DNA of 64,000 nt from positions 25,978,001 to 26,042,000 of the forward strand of contig NC_086108.1 of NCBI RefSeq assembly GCF_963921235.1, in the 5' to 3' direction. Each line of letters begins with the position of its first letter. Within the stretch, counting starts at the first letter, position 1. Below the pieces are notes generated by a model, which worked only from the letters and a program-made list of their open reading frames with translations, was not told where the DNA came from and made no database searches. Of this stretch, positions 11,494 through 24,339 are shown piece after piece. The DNA comes from Mobula hypostoma (taxonomy: Eukaryota). The position numbers were made by a program, and so were the translations under genes.

Positions 11494-14427
11494 GGATAGA
11501 AGCAAAAAGTACTAAGGAGAAAAGTAAAAGTGGCAGGCCGACAAATCAAGGGCAAGCATTAAAAAGGGCAGCTTTTCAGCATAATTGTACAAGGGCTAAG
11601 AGAGTTGTAAAAGAGCGCCTGAAGGCTTTGCGTGTCAATGCAAGGAGCATTCGAAATAAGGTGGATGAATTGAAAGTGCAGATTGTTATTAATGATTATG
11701 ATATAGTTGGGATCACAGAGACATGGCTCCAGGGTGACCAGGGATGGGAGCTCAATGTTCAGGAATATTCAATATTCAGGAGGGATAGACAAGAAGGAAG
11801 GGGAGGTGGGGTGGCGTTGCTGGTTAAAGAAGAGATTCATGCAATAGAAAGGAAGGACATAAGCTGGGAAGATGTGGAATTGATATGGGTAGAGCTGCGT
11901 AACACTAAGGGGCAGAAGACGCTGGTGGGAGTTGTGTACAGGCCACCTAACAGTAGTAGTGAGGTCGGAGATGGTATTAAACAGGAAATTAGAAATGTGT
12001 GCAATAAAGAAACAGCAGTTATAATGGGTGACTTCAATCTACATGTAGATTGGGTGAACCAAATTGGTAAAGGTGCTGAGGAAGAGGATTTCTTGGAATG
12101 TATGCGGGATGCTTTTTTGAACCAACATGTCGAGGAACCTACTAGAGAGCAGGCTATTCTGGACTGGGTTTTGAGCAATGAGGAAGGGTTAATTAGCGAT
12201 CTTGTCGTGAGAGGCCCCTTGGGTAAGAGTGACCATAATATGGTGGAATTCTTCATTAAGATGGAGAGTGACATAGTTAATTCAGAAACAAAGGTTCTGA
12301 ACGTAAAGAGGGGTAACTTTGAAGGTATGAGACGTGAATTAGCTAAGATAGACTGGCAAATGACACTTAAAGGATTGACGGTGGATATGCAATGGCAAGC
12401 ATTTAAAGGTTGCATGGATGAACTACAACAATTGTTCATCCCAGTTTGGCAAAAGAATAAATCAAGGAAGGTAGTGCACCCGTGGCTGACAAGAGAAATT
12501 AGGGATAGTATCAATTCCAAAGAAGAAGCATACAAATTAGCCGGAGAAACTGGCTCACCTGAGGACTGGGAGAAATTCAGAGTTCAGCAGAGGAGGACAA
12601 AGGGCTTAATTAGGAAGGGGAAAAAAGATTATGAGAGAAAACTGGCAGAGAACATAAAAACGGACTGTAAAAGCTTTTATAGATATGTAAAAAGGAAAAG
12701 ACTGGTAAAGACAAATGTAGGTCCCCTGCAGACAGAAACAGGTGAATTGATTATGGGGAGCAAGGACATGGCAGACCAATTGAATAATTACATTGGTTCT
12801 GTCTTCACTAAGGAGGACATAAATAATCTTCCAGAAATAGTAGGGGACAGAGGGTCCAGTGAGATGGAGGAACTGAGCGAAATACATGTTAGTAGGGAAG
12901 TGGTGTTAGGTAAATTGAAGGGATTGAAGGCAGATAAATCCCCAGGGCCAGATGGTCTGCATCCTAGAGTGCTTAAGGAAGTAGCCCAAGAAATAGCGGA
13001 TGCATTAGTGATAATTTTTCAAAACTCGTTAGATTCTGGACTAGTTCCTGAGGATTGGAGGGTGGCTAATGTAACTCCACTTTTTAAAAAAGGAGGGAGA
13101 GAGAAACCGGGGAATTACAGACTGGTTAGCCTAACGTCGGTGGTGGGGAAACTGCTGGAGTCAGTTATCAAGGATGTGATAACAGCACATTTGGAAAGCA
13201 GTGAGATGATCAGACAAAGTCAGCATGGATTTGTGAAAGGAAAATCATGTCTGACGAATCTCATAGAATTTTTTGAGGATGTAACTAGTAGAGTGGATAG
13301 GGGAGAACCAGTGGATGTGGTATATTTGGATTTTCAAAAGGCTTTTGACAAGGTCCCACACAGGAGATTAGTGTGCAGACTTAAAGCACACGGTATTGGG
13401 GGTAAGGTATTGGTGTGGGTGGAGAATTGGTTAGCAGACAGGAAGCAAAGAGTGGGAATAAACGGGACCTTTTCAGAATGGCAGGCGGTGACTAGTGGGG
13501 TACCGCAAGGCTCAGTGCTGGGACCACAGTTGTTTACAATATATATTAATGACTTGGATGAGGGAATTAAATGCAGCATCTCCAAGTTTGCGGATGACAC
13601 GAAGCTGGGTGGCAGTGTTAGCTGTGAGGAGGATGCTAAGAGGATGCAGGGTGACTTGGATAGGTTGGGTGAGTGGGCAAATTCATGGCAGATGCAATTT
13701 AATGTGGATAAATGTGAAGTTATCCACTTTGGTGGCAAAAATAGGAAAACAGATTATTATCTGAATGGTGGCTGATTAGGAAAAGGGGAGGTGCAATGAG
13801 ACCTGGGTGTCCTTATACACCAGTCATTGAAAGTGGGCATGCAGGTACAGCAGGCGGTGAAAAAATGCGAATGGTATGCTGGCATTTATAGCGAGAGGAT
13901 TCGAGTACAGGAGCAGGGAGGTACTACTGCAGTTGTACAAGGCCTTGGTGAGACCACACCTGGAGTATTGTGTGCAGTTTTGGTCCCCTAATCTGAGGAA
14001 AGATGTCCTTGCCATAGAGGGAGTACAAAGAAGGTTCGCCAGATTGATTCCTGGGATGGCAGGACTTTCATATGAAGAAAGACTGGATGAACTGGGCTTG
14101 TACTCGTTGGAATTTAGAAGATTGAGGGGGGATCTGATTGAAACATATAAGATCCTAAAGGGATTGGACAGGCTAGATGCAGGAAGATTGTTCCCGATGT
14201 TGGGGAAGTCCAGGACGAGGGGCCACAGTTTGAAGATAGAGGGGAAGCCTTTTAGGACCGAGATTAGGAAAAACTTCTTCACACAGAGAGTGGTGAAGCT
14301 GTGGAATTCTCTGCCACAGGAAACAGTTGAGGCCAGTTCATTGGCTATATTTAAGAGGGAGTTAGATATGGCCCTTGTGGCTACGGGGGTCAGGGGGTAT
14401 GGAGGGAAGGCTGGGGCGGGGTTCTGA
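11490..14427 (+). pseudogene. CR1 ORF2 (APE endonuclease plus reverse transcriptase), interrupted near the C-terminus
   Basis: 761-aa ORF with NARSI, ITETW, GDFN, SDH and KFADD; stops at 13773 and 13797; C-terminus continues in ORF 13876..14427. Confidence 0.95.
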
Positions 14428-14867
14428 GTTGGATGATCAGCCATGATCATAATAAATGGCGGTGCAGGCTCGAAGGGCCGAATGGCCTACTCCTGCACCT
14501 ATTTTCTATGTTTCTATGTTTCTATTATAGATGCTGTTTCAGACATTCTTGTGATGCTAATGTGTTTATTGAAGAAGCTGACAAGTGATAGCTTAACTCT
14601 GCAGTTGGTGCTGAGTGGATCAGGTAGGCCTTGAAGCTCATTTATTACTGAGTTGGATTTTAGATACATCTCTTGAGAAAAAAAACATTGCAAAAGAGGC
14701 TTTCTGGCCTAAAATGTACACATTTCAAGCAGTATTCACTTGAAAATTCAAAGAAATTCAATGTATATTTGATCATGAAATATATGTAAAGAAGAATACA
14801 AATAATGCATGCTAGGAGGACATAGTAATATAGTATACTCCACAGTTAGCAATACAAAACAACTTTA

Positions 14868-15620
14868 AAACTGAAAATGCTGGTAAAGCTTGTCTGGTCA
14901 GTTGTCATCCTTCGAAAGAGAACATGAGTTAACGCTTTAAGTCTGAAACTCTTCATCAGAAGTGGGAAAGAGAAGTTAGTTTTCAATCTGTAGATAATGT
15001 GACTGGAGGAGTGGCAAGGACAAATGCAATATCTGTGATAGGATGAGTCCAAGGCGACTGTGCAAAAATGCAGTTAGAAATAATTACACTTCTTTGTATT
15101 CTGTGCAGTTAATAGCAGGGCTGTGGAACATGACCAGCAGGTCTGTCTGTACTAATGGAGAGAGAAAAACTGAGCCAAGATCTCTGATGGATGACAGACT
15201 TACATGGCCAGTTCTGACACAGAGAGAGAAAGCAAGTTACCTACTTTTGGAGAATTCAATACTGAATCCAAAAGGATGCAACATGCCTGATAGAAGATAA
15301 GATTTTGCTTCTCAAGGCTGCATTGATCTGCATTGCAACAGTGCAGGAGGCATAGAGAATTGCTCAGAGTAGGAACAGAATGGAGAATTAAAGTGGCAGG
15401 CAGCCAGAAGCTCAGAACCACTTGTGTGCTCCACAGAGTATGAAAGTAAACTGCATTTGTTTTCTCCACTGAAAAAGGGACTAGATTGTGAGCACTTCAT
15501 GCAATGCACAATATTGACGAGCAGAAGAATCACTGCTTCACTTAGACGGACTGTTTGGGTAGGAAAGAAGGGGGTGAAAAGACGGCTGTTGGCCTCCTGA
15601 GGCTGCATGGAAGAATAAGT
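14868..15620 (-). mobile_element. Old Penelope-like element 3' portion
   Basis: Degenerate terminus (aatgctgg...ctcttcatcag) followed by GIY-YIG-region relic; minus-strand ORFs give VACHFNS-like and LEKQNLIF motifs. Confidence 0.65.
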
Positions 15621-15639
15621 GAAGACTGAACTGATTGCA

Positions 15640-16140
15640 TGAAATGATCGGCTGTGAAGAGGGTACAGAAGATGTTTACCAGGATGCTTCCTGGATTAGA
15701 GAGTACTAGCCACAAAGAGGAGTTGGACAAACTTGGATTGTTTTGTCAGGATCATTGGAGGCTGTGGGGTAATCTGTTATAATCATGAAAAATTATACAG
15801 GCATAGATACTGTAGATAGTCTCAGTCCTTTTCACAAGGTGTAAGTGTCAATACTAGAGGGCATAAGCTTAATGCGAGAAGAGTAAAGATTAAATAATGT
15901 ATACATTGCAAATATCTTACAATAGAGAGTGGTGCCTGGTATGTGATAATAGGAAATTAATGGAAGCAGATATAATAGTCACATTTAGGTGGCAGTTAGA
16001 CAGGCGCAAGAACAGACAGGGGATGAAGGGATATGGAGCAGGAGTCAATCAAATTAATTTGGATTTACACCATCTTTGGCACAAACATTATGGGCCGAAA
16101 AGCCTGTTATTGTGCTGTCATTTTTCTAAGATTTATATTC
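15640..16140 (+). mobile_element. CR1 3' fragment
   Basis: gagggtacagaagatgtttaccaggatg...actagagggcata...gggccgaaaagcctgt. Confidence 0.75.
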
Positions 16141-17092
16141 ACAGTGTAGTTCCAACATCTGACTGAAATTTCAAATGCTACAGTCCCATGCAGCCCAACT
16201 CATTGTTTTCACAGTGCCCACCAGCCAATGAGCAATCAGTCAGAATATTTTGGTCTATAGGTCATTACTGAAGTCACAAAACTGTGATACACTCATAGCA
16301 CTTTTGCAGAAACCAAATTTAAAATAGTTTCCTAAAAATGCACACACATACAAACCTTTCCATGTATCTGAAGAGAACATAGATCATTCAGAGTGGAATC
16401 AGAGCAGCTCAATGGATCTTCCTTTCGGAAGATGGTTTCCTGTTTGAATTTCTTTTCTACTATAACCCTTTGTTCATGACATGTGAATTGCAGATTGACA
16501 AAATCAAGCTTAAACTACAACCTGTGGGTTGGACGTTTGCAGTCTACGTGACTCAGCATCAAATGAATAGTGTATTTAGCAAATGAGGTACTGCAGAGCA
16601 TCCTAATGTGCGATTATAATGTCAAATTGAGTAGCAAAGGGGACCACAATTCCAGGTAATATCTGGTGCAAAAAGTGCCATTCATACATTTTACATGAAA
16701 GTACAAAGTAATATTTACAATTTATACATTTCTGTATATGACACTTTATTATTTATGCTACCTCAATGGGATTTATGATGACTTGATAGCTAGTAGTTAA
16801 GTTTGAAATCTTCATTATCCACTCCATTTCAAATGAGATGAATTGCCTTCCAGATCTTCAAATATTTAACATTCTGCCAATATCAAAAAAAGGATTTGCC
16901 AAACTTACAGTTTCACAACATGGCAGTAAACAACATAGAGCAGAAGAGATGATAATAAATTTCAAATAAAGCATAGTTTAACTTCATTGATTCTGTTCAT
17001 AGGCTGAAAAAAAATCTGGATTGATCTGAGACTGTGTTTTATAAATGTTAAGTTCTTTCAGGATTTTCTCCACAGCACAGGGCTGATTGCAA

Positions 17093-17915
17093 TGTAAGAC
17101 AATGGGGTTATGTTAATTGGCTTGTATCAAACCAGACAACGCTGGCTAAGTTATTTTATTCAAGGAAGCTTGCAGACCAGATTGATAATATCACATATCA
17201 CATCAAATCACTGATCTATCAATAGTTGGAAAATCTGTGTACTCAGAGTCAGCTTTCATAGAATTAGCTTTGGGTGTTTGGGATATCTGTCCCCAGAAAC
17301 TTTTTCACCATCTGTGTGAAAAGGGATCTGAAAAAATATCAATGCATGTGAAATCACCAAAGTGGTAATAAAAGCAATATAAATATAAGAGTGCAGTCAG
17401 GCTTGTATTGAATGATCAAAGAACATCAAGAAGAATGACAGAAAGATAGGATGAATTAGAATCCATTCTCCTGCCTTTGATTTTGTGATGGATGGTTCAT
17501 TCATTTGTAACAGGTTGGTATGTCTTTTTAGCTTATAGGAATTGTACCCGTGTTTTGGAAATCCTTTGTGTTTTGGAAATCCTTTGTAATTTGGAAATCT
17601 TCTATAAGATAGAGATCTTCTGTGAATTTTAAATGTACTTTGAAGGAAGTTACCTAAATTTAAATGTGTTTCATTAAAAATAACTGAACTGTATTTAAAC
17701 TATTTTGTAAGCTGGAAGTATCCCCTCCTTGTTAGGGAGGAGACCCACTGCTCAAATGGTGGGTATTAGCAGCTTATCTCGCTGTGGAAGATAAACAGGA
17801 AAGTGATGTAGCCTTTGAAGAGTAGATAGCTACAGTGTAACCTCTCTTTAGTGAGGGTCCACATGCCTATTTACATTGGATAGGGCTTAAGATCATTTGA
17901 GCTTAGAATTTCAGC
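17093..17915 (-). mobile_element. Ancient divergent Penelope-like relic, copy 1 (paralogue of 50833-51690)
   Basis: Colinear nucleotide similarity to 50833-51690; broken minus-strand translation gives LKRGY and SYRRFPNYKG. Confidence 0.5.
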
Positions 17916-18723
17916 AAACCCAAGATCATCAGCTAATAGAGGTAACTGTGTTTCATTCACACAAAGAGGTGAATTAGTTCGCCACTGTTAGCCCCCTGCA
18001 ACTTCTGAATTTTAAATTCAATCTATGTAATGCTAGTGGACTTTCATCATTATAACTGTTATCATAATATTCTTTTAAAGATGAGTATTAAATGTAAATT
18101 GAAATGTTTTCAATGATTTCTTCTGTAGGTTGCAGAGCTGTCTATGGACAGCTGTGCAATTAGCTACACTGAAACAGCTTTATAAGTGTTGTTTTTAATG
18201 CAACATGCACTTTGGCTACAGCTCAAGCCTTTTCAGGATCAATTATGACCTTAACTAAATGCAGAACCAGTGAAATACATATATGATAAAGCTGTGCAAT
18301 AGAATTCAACTCCAGCATGGAGCTGTCACATGTAATCTTAAATATCAAATACAAGTAAAATTAACATTGCATGGAAATTTAAATTTCAAGGTCATATTAG
18401 CTTTGGATGAATGGTTATAGAACAAAGGTCTTGGACCTCAGGTTAACATGAATCCAATATTCTTAACGAGGATAACGACAGACCAGGGAACACAGACAAA
18501 AATGAGAACCCAGAGAAATACACAAAGACGAGGAAAAAGCAAGCTGATGTTTCTACCTTCCATTTAACCAAATTAAAAGAGATTATATTGGTAGCTTTCT
18601 AAAAAAAAAGACTTTATAATGATAGATCCATCTGGAAGTCTGTTACAGTCAGGTTCCTGCTGGCATGACAATAGCAGGTGTTTGTGACAGCAGTTACTGG
18701 CTCTCACTGAGGTAATCACTTAC

Positions 18724-18780
18724 TCATGGCTATGTGCACTGCTTGTCAGTTCCTTAATATTACTTTGCAATTTCTGCTCG
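18724..18780 (-). CDS. Candidate coding exon B (EQKLQSNIKELTSSAHSH)
   Basis: Acceptor ttatttgtttctgacag, 57 nt, donor GA|GTAAGT; only the phase 2-2 frame is stop-free and it fits both neighbours. Confidence 0.6.
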
Positions 18781-19269
18781 CTGTCAGAAACAAATAACTA
18801 TTACAGAGTACAAGTTCTCAATCTGTTTAAGATTCATATCTTGCTTTCAAAAAGGATAAACTCTATTATTTTATCTCTGGTAGCATCAGGCAGATATATT
18901 ATTCTCTTTTTAAGTTTGAGAAGTAAGGTCACTCATTACTGATAGATGGCAGGTCTCTGATATTTGTTCAATTGGACGGAGTGTCTTACAAGACTGATCA
19001 TGAAGAAAATAATGATATAAATCTCTATTCGTCCATTATGTTAGGGTGACTGGCAATGATTGAAAAGAGTTCCAGCTAGATAACCACAGTGGTTCTTTCC
19101 TTCTTTTGCGTATTTCAGATTTCGAAGGATTTGTGGAGGGTAATGATACATACAGCATTTTCAACAGCAAAACTTTATTGCCTATTGAAAATGTAATGCC
19201 AGAATGGAAAATTTTGAATACGAATTTAAGTAATTATATATTAGATGTAAGATAACTGATGAAGGGTTC

Positions 19270-19870
19270 ACGATTCAAGATTGTTTAGTGTCTTATCCAT
19301 TATACAAGTGCAAAGAGAACAAAATATTTGTTACTCCAGATCTAATGCAGCACAAAGAAACATAATAAAATCAAGAACACAATAATGGTACAAACACAAT
19401 AAATATAAATACATAAGATAGCTTATATACCTATGTAGATTGATTGTATCACCATAAAGTGACACCAGACACAGGAGGTGGCTGACAGGAAGTTATAAAG
19501 TAGTGGTGTTTGGGGGTGCAGAGGGGTGGCTTAGTGGGTAGTGGTGTTGATCAGCATTAATGCTTGGGGAAAGTAACTGATCTTGAGTCTGGTGATCTTG
19601 ACATGGACGCTACATTGCTTTCTCCTTGATGGAAGTGGAACAAATAGTGCATGAGCTGTGGGGGTGGGATGCTTCTTGGTATTGCTAGCCCTTTTCTGGC
19701 ATCTTTCTGCATATATGTCCTTGATGGTGGGTAGGCTGGTGCCGGTGATGTGTGGTGCAGTCTTGGCTACCCATTGTAGAGCTTTCCTGTCTGCTGCCGT
19801 GCAGTTTCTGTACCATGCAATAACGCAGCTTGTTAGGATGCTCTCCACTGGGCATCAGTAGAATGACATG
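19270..19870 (-). mobile_element. Rex1/Babar-like LINE 3' end
   Basis: ORF 19531..19848 has ESILTSCVIAWY, DRKALQ, LPS.R and SYFPQA. Confidence 0.8.
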
Positions 19871-20239
19871 AGTATAGTTGGGATGGGAAGGGGTGATTCA
19901 ATGTCCACCCTCATGATTCTTAAACTAAATTAGTCCTCTGCCTGAACTATTAATGACAGTTACCATCAGAATATTTTCTATCCCAGTAAGCCAACCTATG
20001 TATTTCAACTCTGCATGGCACACATGTATTTATCAAACTTTCAATGTTCTCGACTAAGTATCCAACAACTCTGCTTCATTTGTAGGCTTCAGTGGTATTT
20101 TTGCCTCTGCTGAAAGATGATAAATAGGAATTAATTTACCAGATATGCATTTACTGTTTTTCACAAAAGTACAACATCCAATTCCTTTTTCCCGTCAACC
20201 AGTTGCTTCTTTGTCACCTGGTTGAAAAGAAACAGGAAT

Positions 20240-21365
20240 TTGGTTTATGCTTCTTAATGGCGATACTGGCATGGATAAAGGAATGGCTGACAGGCAGGAA
20301 GCAATGAATGGGAAAAAAGGGGCCTTCATGGTTGGCTGCCAGTGACTGGAGGTGTTCCTCAGGGGTTAGTATTGGGACTGTACGTTGTGCATTGTTTGTT
20401 AATGATTTGGATAATAGAACTGATAGTGTTGTGACAAAGTTTGTGCATGATATGAAGATAGATGGAGGGGTAGGTAGTGTTGAGGAAGCAATGTGATTGC
20501 AGCAGGACTTAGACAAATTGGAGTAATGAGCAAAAGAAGTGGCAGATGGAATACAGTGTTGGGAAATGTATGATAATGTATTTTGGAAAAAGGAACAATA
20601 GTGCAGACTATTATCTAAATGGAGAGAAAATTTAAACATCAGAGGTGCAGAGAGATTTAGGACTCTTTGTGTAACATTTCCCAGATAGTTAATTTACAGG
20701 TCGAGTTTGTAGTAAAGAAGGCAAATGCAATGTTGGCATTTATTTCAAGTGGAATAGAGTATAAAAGCAAGGAGATAATGTTAAGATTTTATAAGGCACC
20801 ACTCAAGTTGTACTTGGAGTATTGTCAACAGTTTTGGGCCCAATATCTCAGAAAGGGTGTGTTGTCATTGGAGAGGTGGTTCATGAGGATGATTCCGGGA
20901 ATAAAGGGGTTAACAAATGAGGAGTGATGGGCAGCCAGCTTTTGGCCTGTATTCACTAGAATTTAGAAGAATGAGGGGGAATCGCATTGAAACCAACCAA
21001 ATGTTGAAAGGACTAGCTAGGCTGGATGTGGAGAGGAAGTTTCCTATGGTGGGGATATTGAGAACTAGAGAGCACAACTTCAAAACTGAGGGGTGACCTT
21101 TTAAAACAGAGGTAAGTTGGATCTCTTCTAGCCAGAGAGTAGTGAATCTATGGGTACTCTGCCACAGACTGCAGTGGAGGCTAAGACGGGGGTCTACTTA
21201 AAGCGGAAGTTGATAGTTTTTCTGACTGGTCAGGACATCAAATGATATGGTGAGAAGGCAGGTGTATGGGTTGTGTAGGATCTGGGATCAGCCATAATGG
21301 AGTGGTGGAGCAGACTCGATGGGCTTAATGATCTAATTCTGCTCGTATGTCTTAGGGTCTTATGA
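20240..21365 (+). mobile_element. Degraded CR1 3' fragment
   Basis: ORF pieces VNDLD...KFVHDMKI and KKANAMLAFISSGIEYKSK; CR1 3' UTR. Confidence 0.85.
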
Positions 21366-21629
21366 ACTTACTAACCCTCTCACCTCCAATTTTATCTAAG
21401 TTATTTATCTATATCAAGAGCAACAGGTGCTCCAGGACTGATCCCTCTGGAACACCACTGGTCAATGTCTTCCATCCAGAGTAACTTTCTTCCACCATTA
21501 CCTTCTGCCTTCCATGAGCAGGCCAATTCCGAATTCAGACTACCAAATCACCATGGATTACATGCATCTTTTATGTTAGATAATCATACAGGAAAACATT
21601 TTTAAACATGCATGTCTGGCCTGCTTTAC

Positions 21630-21807
21630 TTTAAAGCCAAACAAATGCACAGAGATAGAGACAGCATTGCAGATACCATGGCTATAAGGATTGATAAACT
21701 CCAAAGGAATGGCCTCATCCATTCCAAGAGGATGGCCAGTGCAGTTTCCTGCATTATGAGTCGTCCCGAGGTTACGGCACACGGGAACATTGACGACTGT
21801 TCATAAC
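21630..21807 (-). CDS. Candidate coding exon A encoding a transmembrane helix plus CxC motif (MQETALAILLEWMRPFLWSLSILIAMVSAMLSLSLCICLAL)
   Basis: Acceptor catttcag, donor AA|GTAAAG (phase 2), ATG at 21754 with A at -3; non-repetitive and locally CpG-retaining; about 25 uncharged residues. Confidence 0.6.
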
Positions 21808-21964
21808 CTGAAATGTGGTGGCCTGGCAAGATAGTTAAATAAAAACATAGACTAATCAAAAGCTATTGTAGGTCAACCAGTTTGTTTTTTTTCTCTCTCT
21901 TCGCTGCCTTGCGTATTTTCTGTATAATTTATGATGTGTGTTCTGTCTGTACTGAAGTACCTGT

Positions 21965-22648
21965 GATTAGATTAGATTAGATTATGAGGACACTCAGTCC
22001 TCGTTTATTGTCATTTAGAAATGCATGCGTTAAAAAATGATACAATGTTCCTCCAGAGTGATATCACAAAAAAAAGGACAAACCAAGACTAACACTGATA
22101 AGACCACATAATTATAACATTTAGTTACAGCAGTGCAAAGCAATACCATAATTTGATAAAGAGCAGACCATGGGCACGGTAAAAAAATGTCTCAAAGTTC
22201 CGATCGACTCCCAATAGTCCCGATAGCAGGCGGCAAAAGGGAGAAACTCTCCCTGCCATAAACCTCCAGGCACCGACAACTGCCGATGCATTGGAAGCAC
22301 CCGACCACAACCAACTCTGAGTCCGTCTGAAAACTTCGAGCCTCTGACCAGCCCCTCCGATACAGCCTCCCGAGCACCATTCTCTGCCAAGCGCCTCGAC
22401 TCCACCCCGGTCGCCGAGCAACAAGCAAAGCCGAGGACTCGGGGCCTTCTCCTCTGGAGTTTCTGGATCACACAGTAGCAACGGCAGCGAAGCAGGCATT
22501 CCAGAAGTTTCTCCAGATGTTCCTCCGTGCTCTCACGTCCATCTCCATCAAATCAGAATTGTGCACGGCACCCTACTTGACAGATAACAGATATCATTTC
22601 ACCGGAGTGGCCGCTGCGCGCTACTTCGCGCCGCCATCTTCTCCTCCA
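21965..22648 (-). mobile_element. Young non-autonomous retroposon with (TAATC)n tail, inserted into an older LINE tail
   Basis: Minus strand starts ggaggagaAGATGGCGgcg, is CpG-rich with no recognisable ORF, and ends tgacAATAAA...ataatctaatctaatc. Confidence 0.65.
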
Positions 22649-23281
22649 TCTGTTGCAAACATGTTTTCATTGTATCTGTAGTTCTCCATACCTTAGCACA
22701 TGACAATAAACTCAACTTGACGGTGAAACGCACATGTTAAAGAGCCTCAAGAAATGAGTCAAAATATTTGAGAACTTGGTTGAAATATTTCGGAGCACCA
22801 TAAATACTCATGCGGTACCTGTGGTCAGGCTTGTAGGGAAAGAAATAGTGATGTTAAGCAATGCTGAGACATAAATCAGGAAACAACAGAGTAGTCAGCC
22901 TAACATTGTGCAGGGAATGCTCAGGAGCCTTTTACGAGAAGCCATCAACATTCAGCTAAAGAGCTGAGAAGCTGTAAAGAGTACTTAACATGGTTTTAGA
23001 AGCAATGGTCCATGCCTCACAAATCCTGGAGAATTATCTGAAGCCTCATCTAAATTATTGGATGACAGCAAGTGGTTCTGATTAAGCTGGATTTTTTGAG
23101 CTCATTGGACAAGATTTAGCATTTGGAGGATTTTATAAGGATTCAAGATTCAAATGGTTAATAAGAATGAAAATTGGTAACAGTGAGCAAGGAACATTCA
23201 TCATGGGGATAGAACATCTGTGGTAGGAACCCCACTTATTTCTTATTTCAATATTATTTTCAGATAATAATATGTATGAAT

Positions 23282-24012
23282 ATAGAAACATAGAAACATA
23301 CAGAATAGGTGCAGGAGTAGGCCATTCAGCCCTTCGAGCCTGCACCGCCATTTATTATGATCATGGCTGATCATCCAACTCAGAACCCTGCACCAGCCTT
23401 CCCTCCATACCCCCTGATCCCCGTAGCCACAAGGGCCATATCTAACTCCCTCTTAAATATAGCCAATGAACCGGCCTCAACTTTTTCCTGTGGCAGAGAA
23501 TTTCACAGATTCACCACTCTCTGTGTGAAGAAGTTTTTCCTAATCTCAGTCCTAAAAGGCTTCCCCTTTATCCTCAAACTGTGACCCCTCGTTCTGGACT
23601 TCCCCAACATCGGGAACAATCTTCCTGCATCTAGCCTGTCCAATCCCTTTAAGATTTTATACGTTTCAATCAGATCCCCCCTCAATCTTCTAAATTCCAA
23701 CGAGTACAAGCCTAGTTCATCCAGTCTTTCTTCATATGAAAGTCCTGCCATCCCAGGAATCAATCTGGTGAACCTTCTTTGTACTCCCTCTATGGCAAGG
23801 ATGTCTTTCCTCAGATTAGGGGACCAAAACTGCACACAATACTCCAGGTGTGGTCTCACCAAGGCCTTGTACAACTGCAGTAGTACCTCCCTGCTCCTGT
23901 ACTCGAATCCTCTCGCTATAAATGCCAGCATACCATTCGCCTTTTTCACCGCCTGCTGTACCTGCATGCCCACTTTCAATGACTGGTGTATAATGACACC
24001 CAGGTCTCATTG
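23282..24012 (-). mobile_element. 5'-truncated young CR1 copy, same subfamily as 10532-14526
   Basis: ORF 23503..23979 is nearly identical to ORF 13876..14427; same 3' UTR and tail. Confidence 0.95.
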
Positions 24013-24339
24013 TGATTCATTTCTGGAAAAACAAAAGGCTAGCAAATTAATTGAACTGATAAAGTAATGACAGGAAAGTACTAGTGTCCGTTGATGAGAA
24101 AAAAAGGGGAAAGATTTAATAAGAATACACAGAAAGCTATCATGGAGATGGATACTTAAATATCATCGAATTAAGATGCATTGCAAGATCTTTGCCCTGT
24201 AACTAAATAATTAAATCACAATTCAAATATTGTGTAGGGCATCTCTTCAGAAAATAACAATTGGATTTGGTGGGGGTGGGGGCACAATAACAGAAGCAAA
24301 AAAGATGACATTATCTAAATTGGTGTTGGTTCTGACAGG

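Larger units (their letters stand above)
10532..14526 (+). mobile_element. Near full-length young CR1 LINE
   Basis: Zinc-finger/esterase ORF1, EN-RT ORF2, 3' UTR and (TTCTATG)n-type tail at 14503-14526. Confidence 0.97.

Noticed and set aside
11837..12535. Long antisense ORFs (232 aa here, 258 aa at 32362..33138)
   Set aside because: Shadows of CR1 ORF2 codon structure with no independent protein features
21576..21782. Alternative frame with CTGHPLGM resembling a discoidin-domain start
   Set aside because: The frame has a stop just after the good acceptor and the similarity does not extend; the transmembrane frame fits the splice phases
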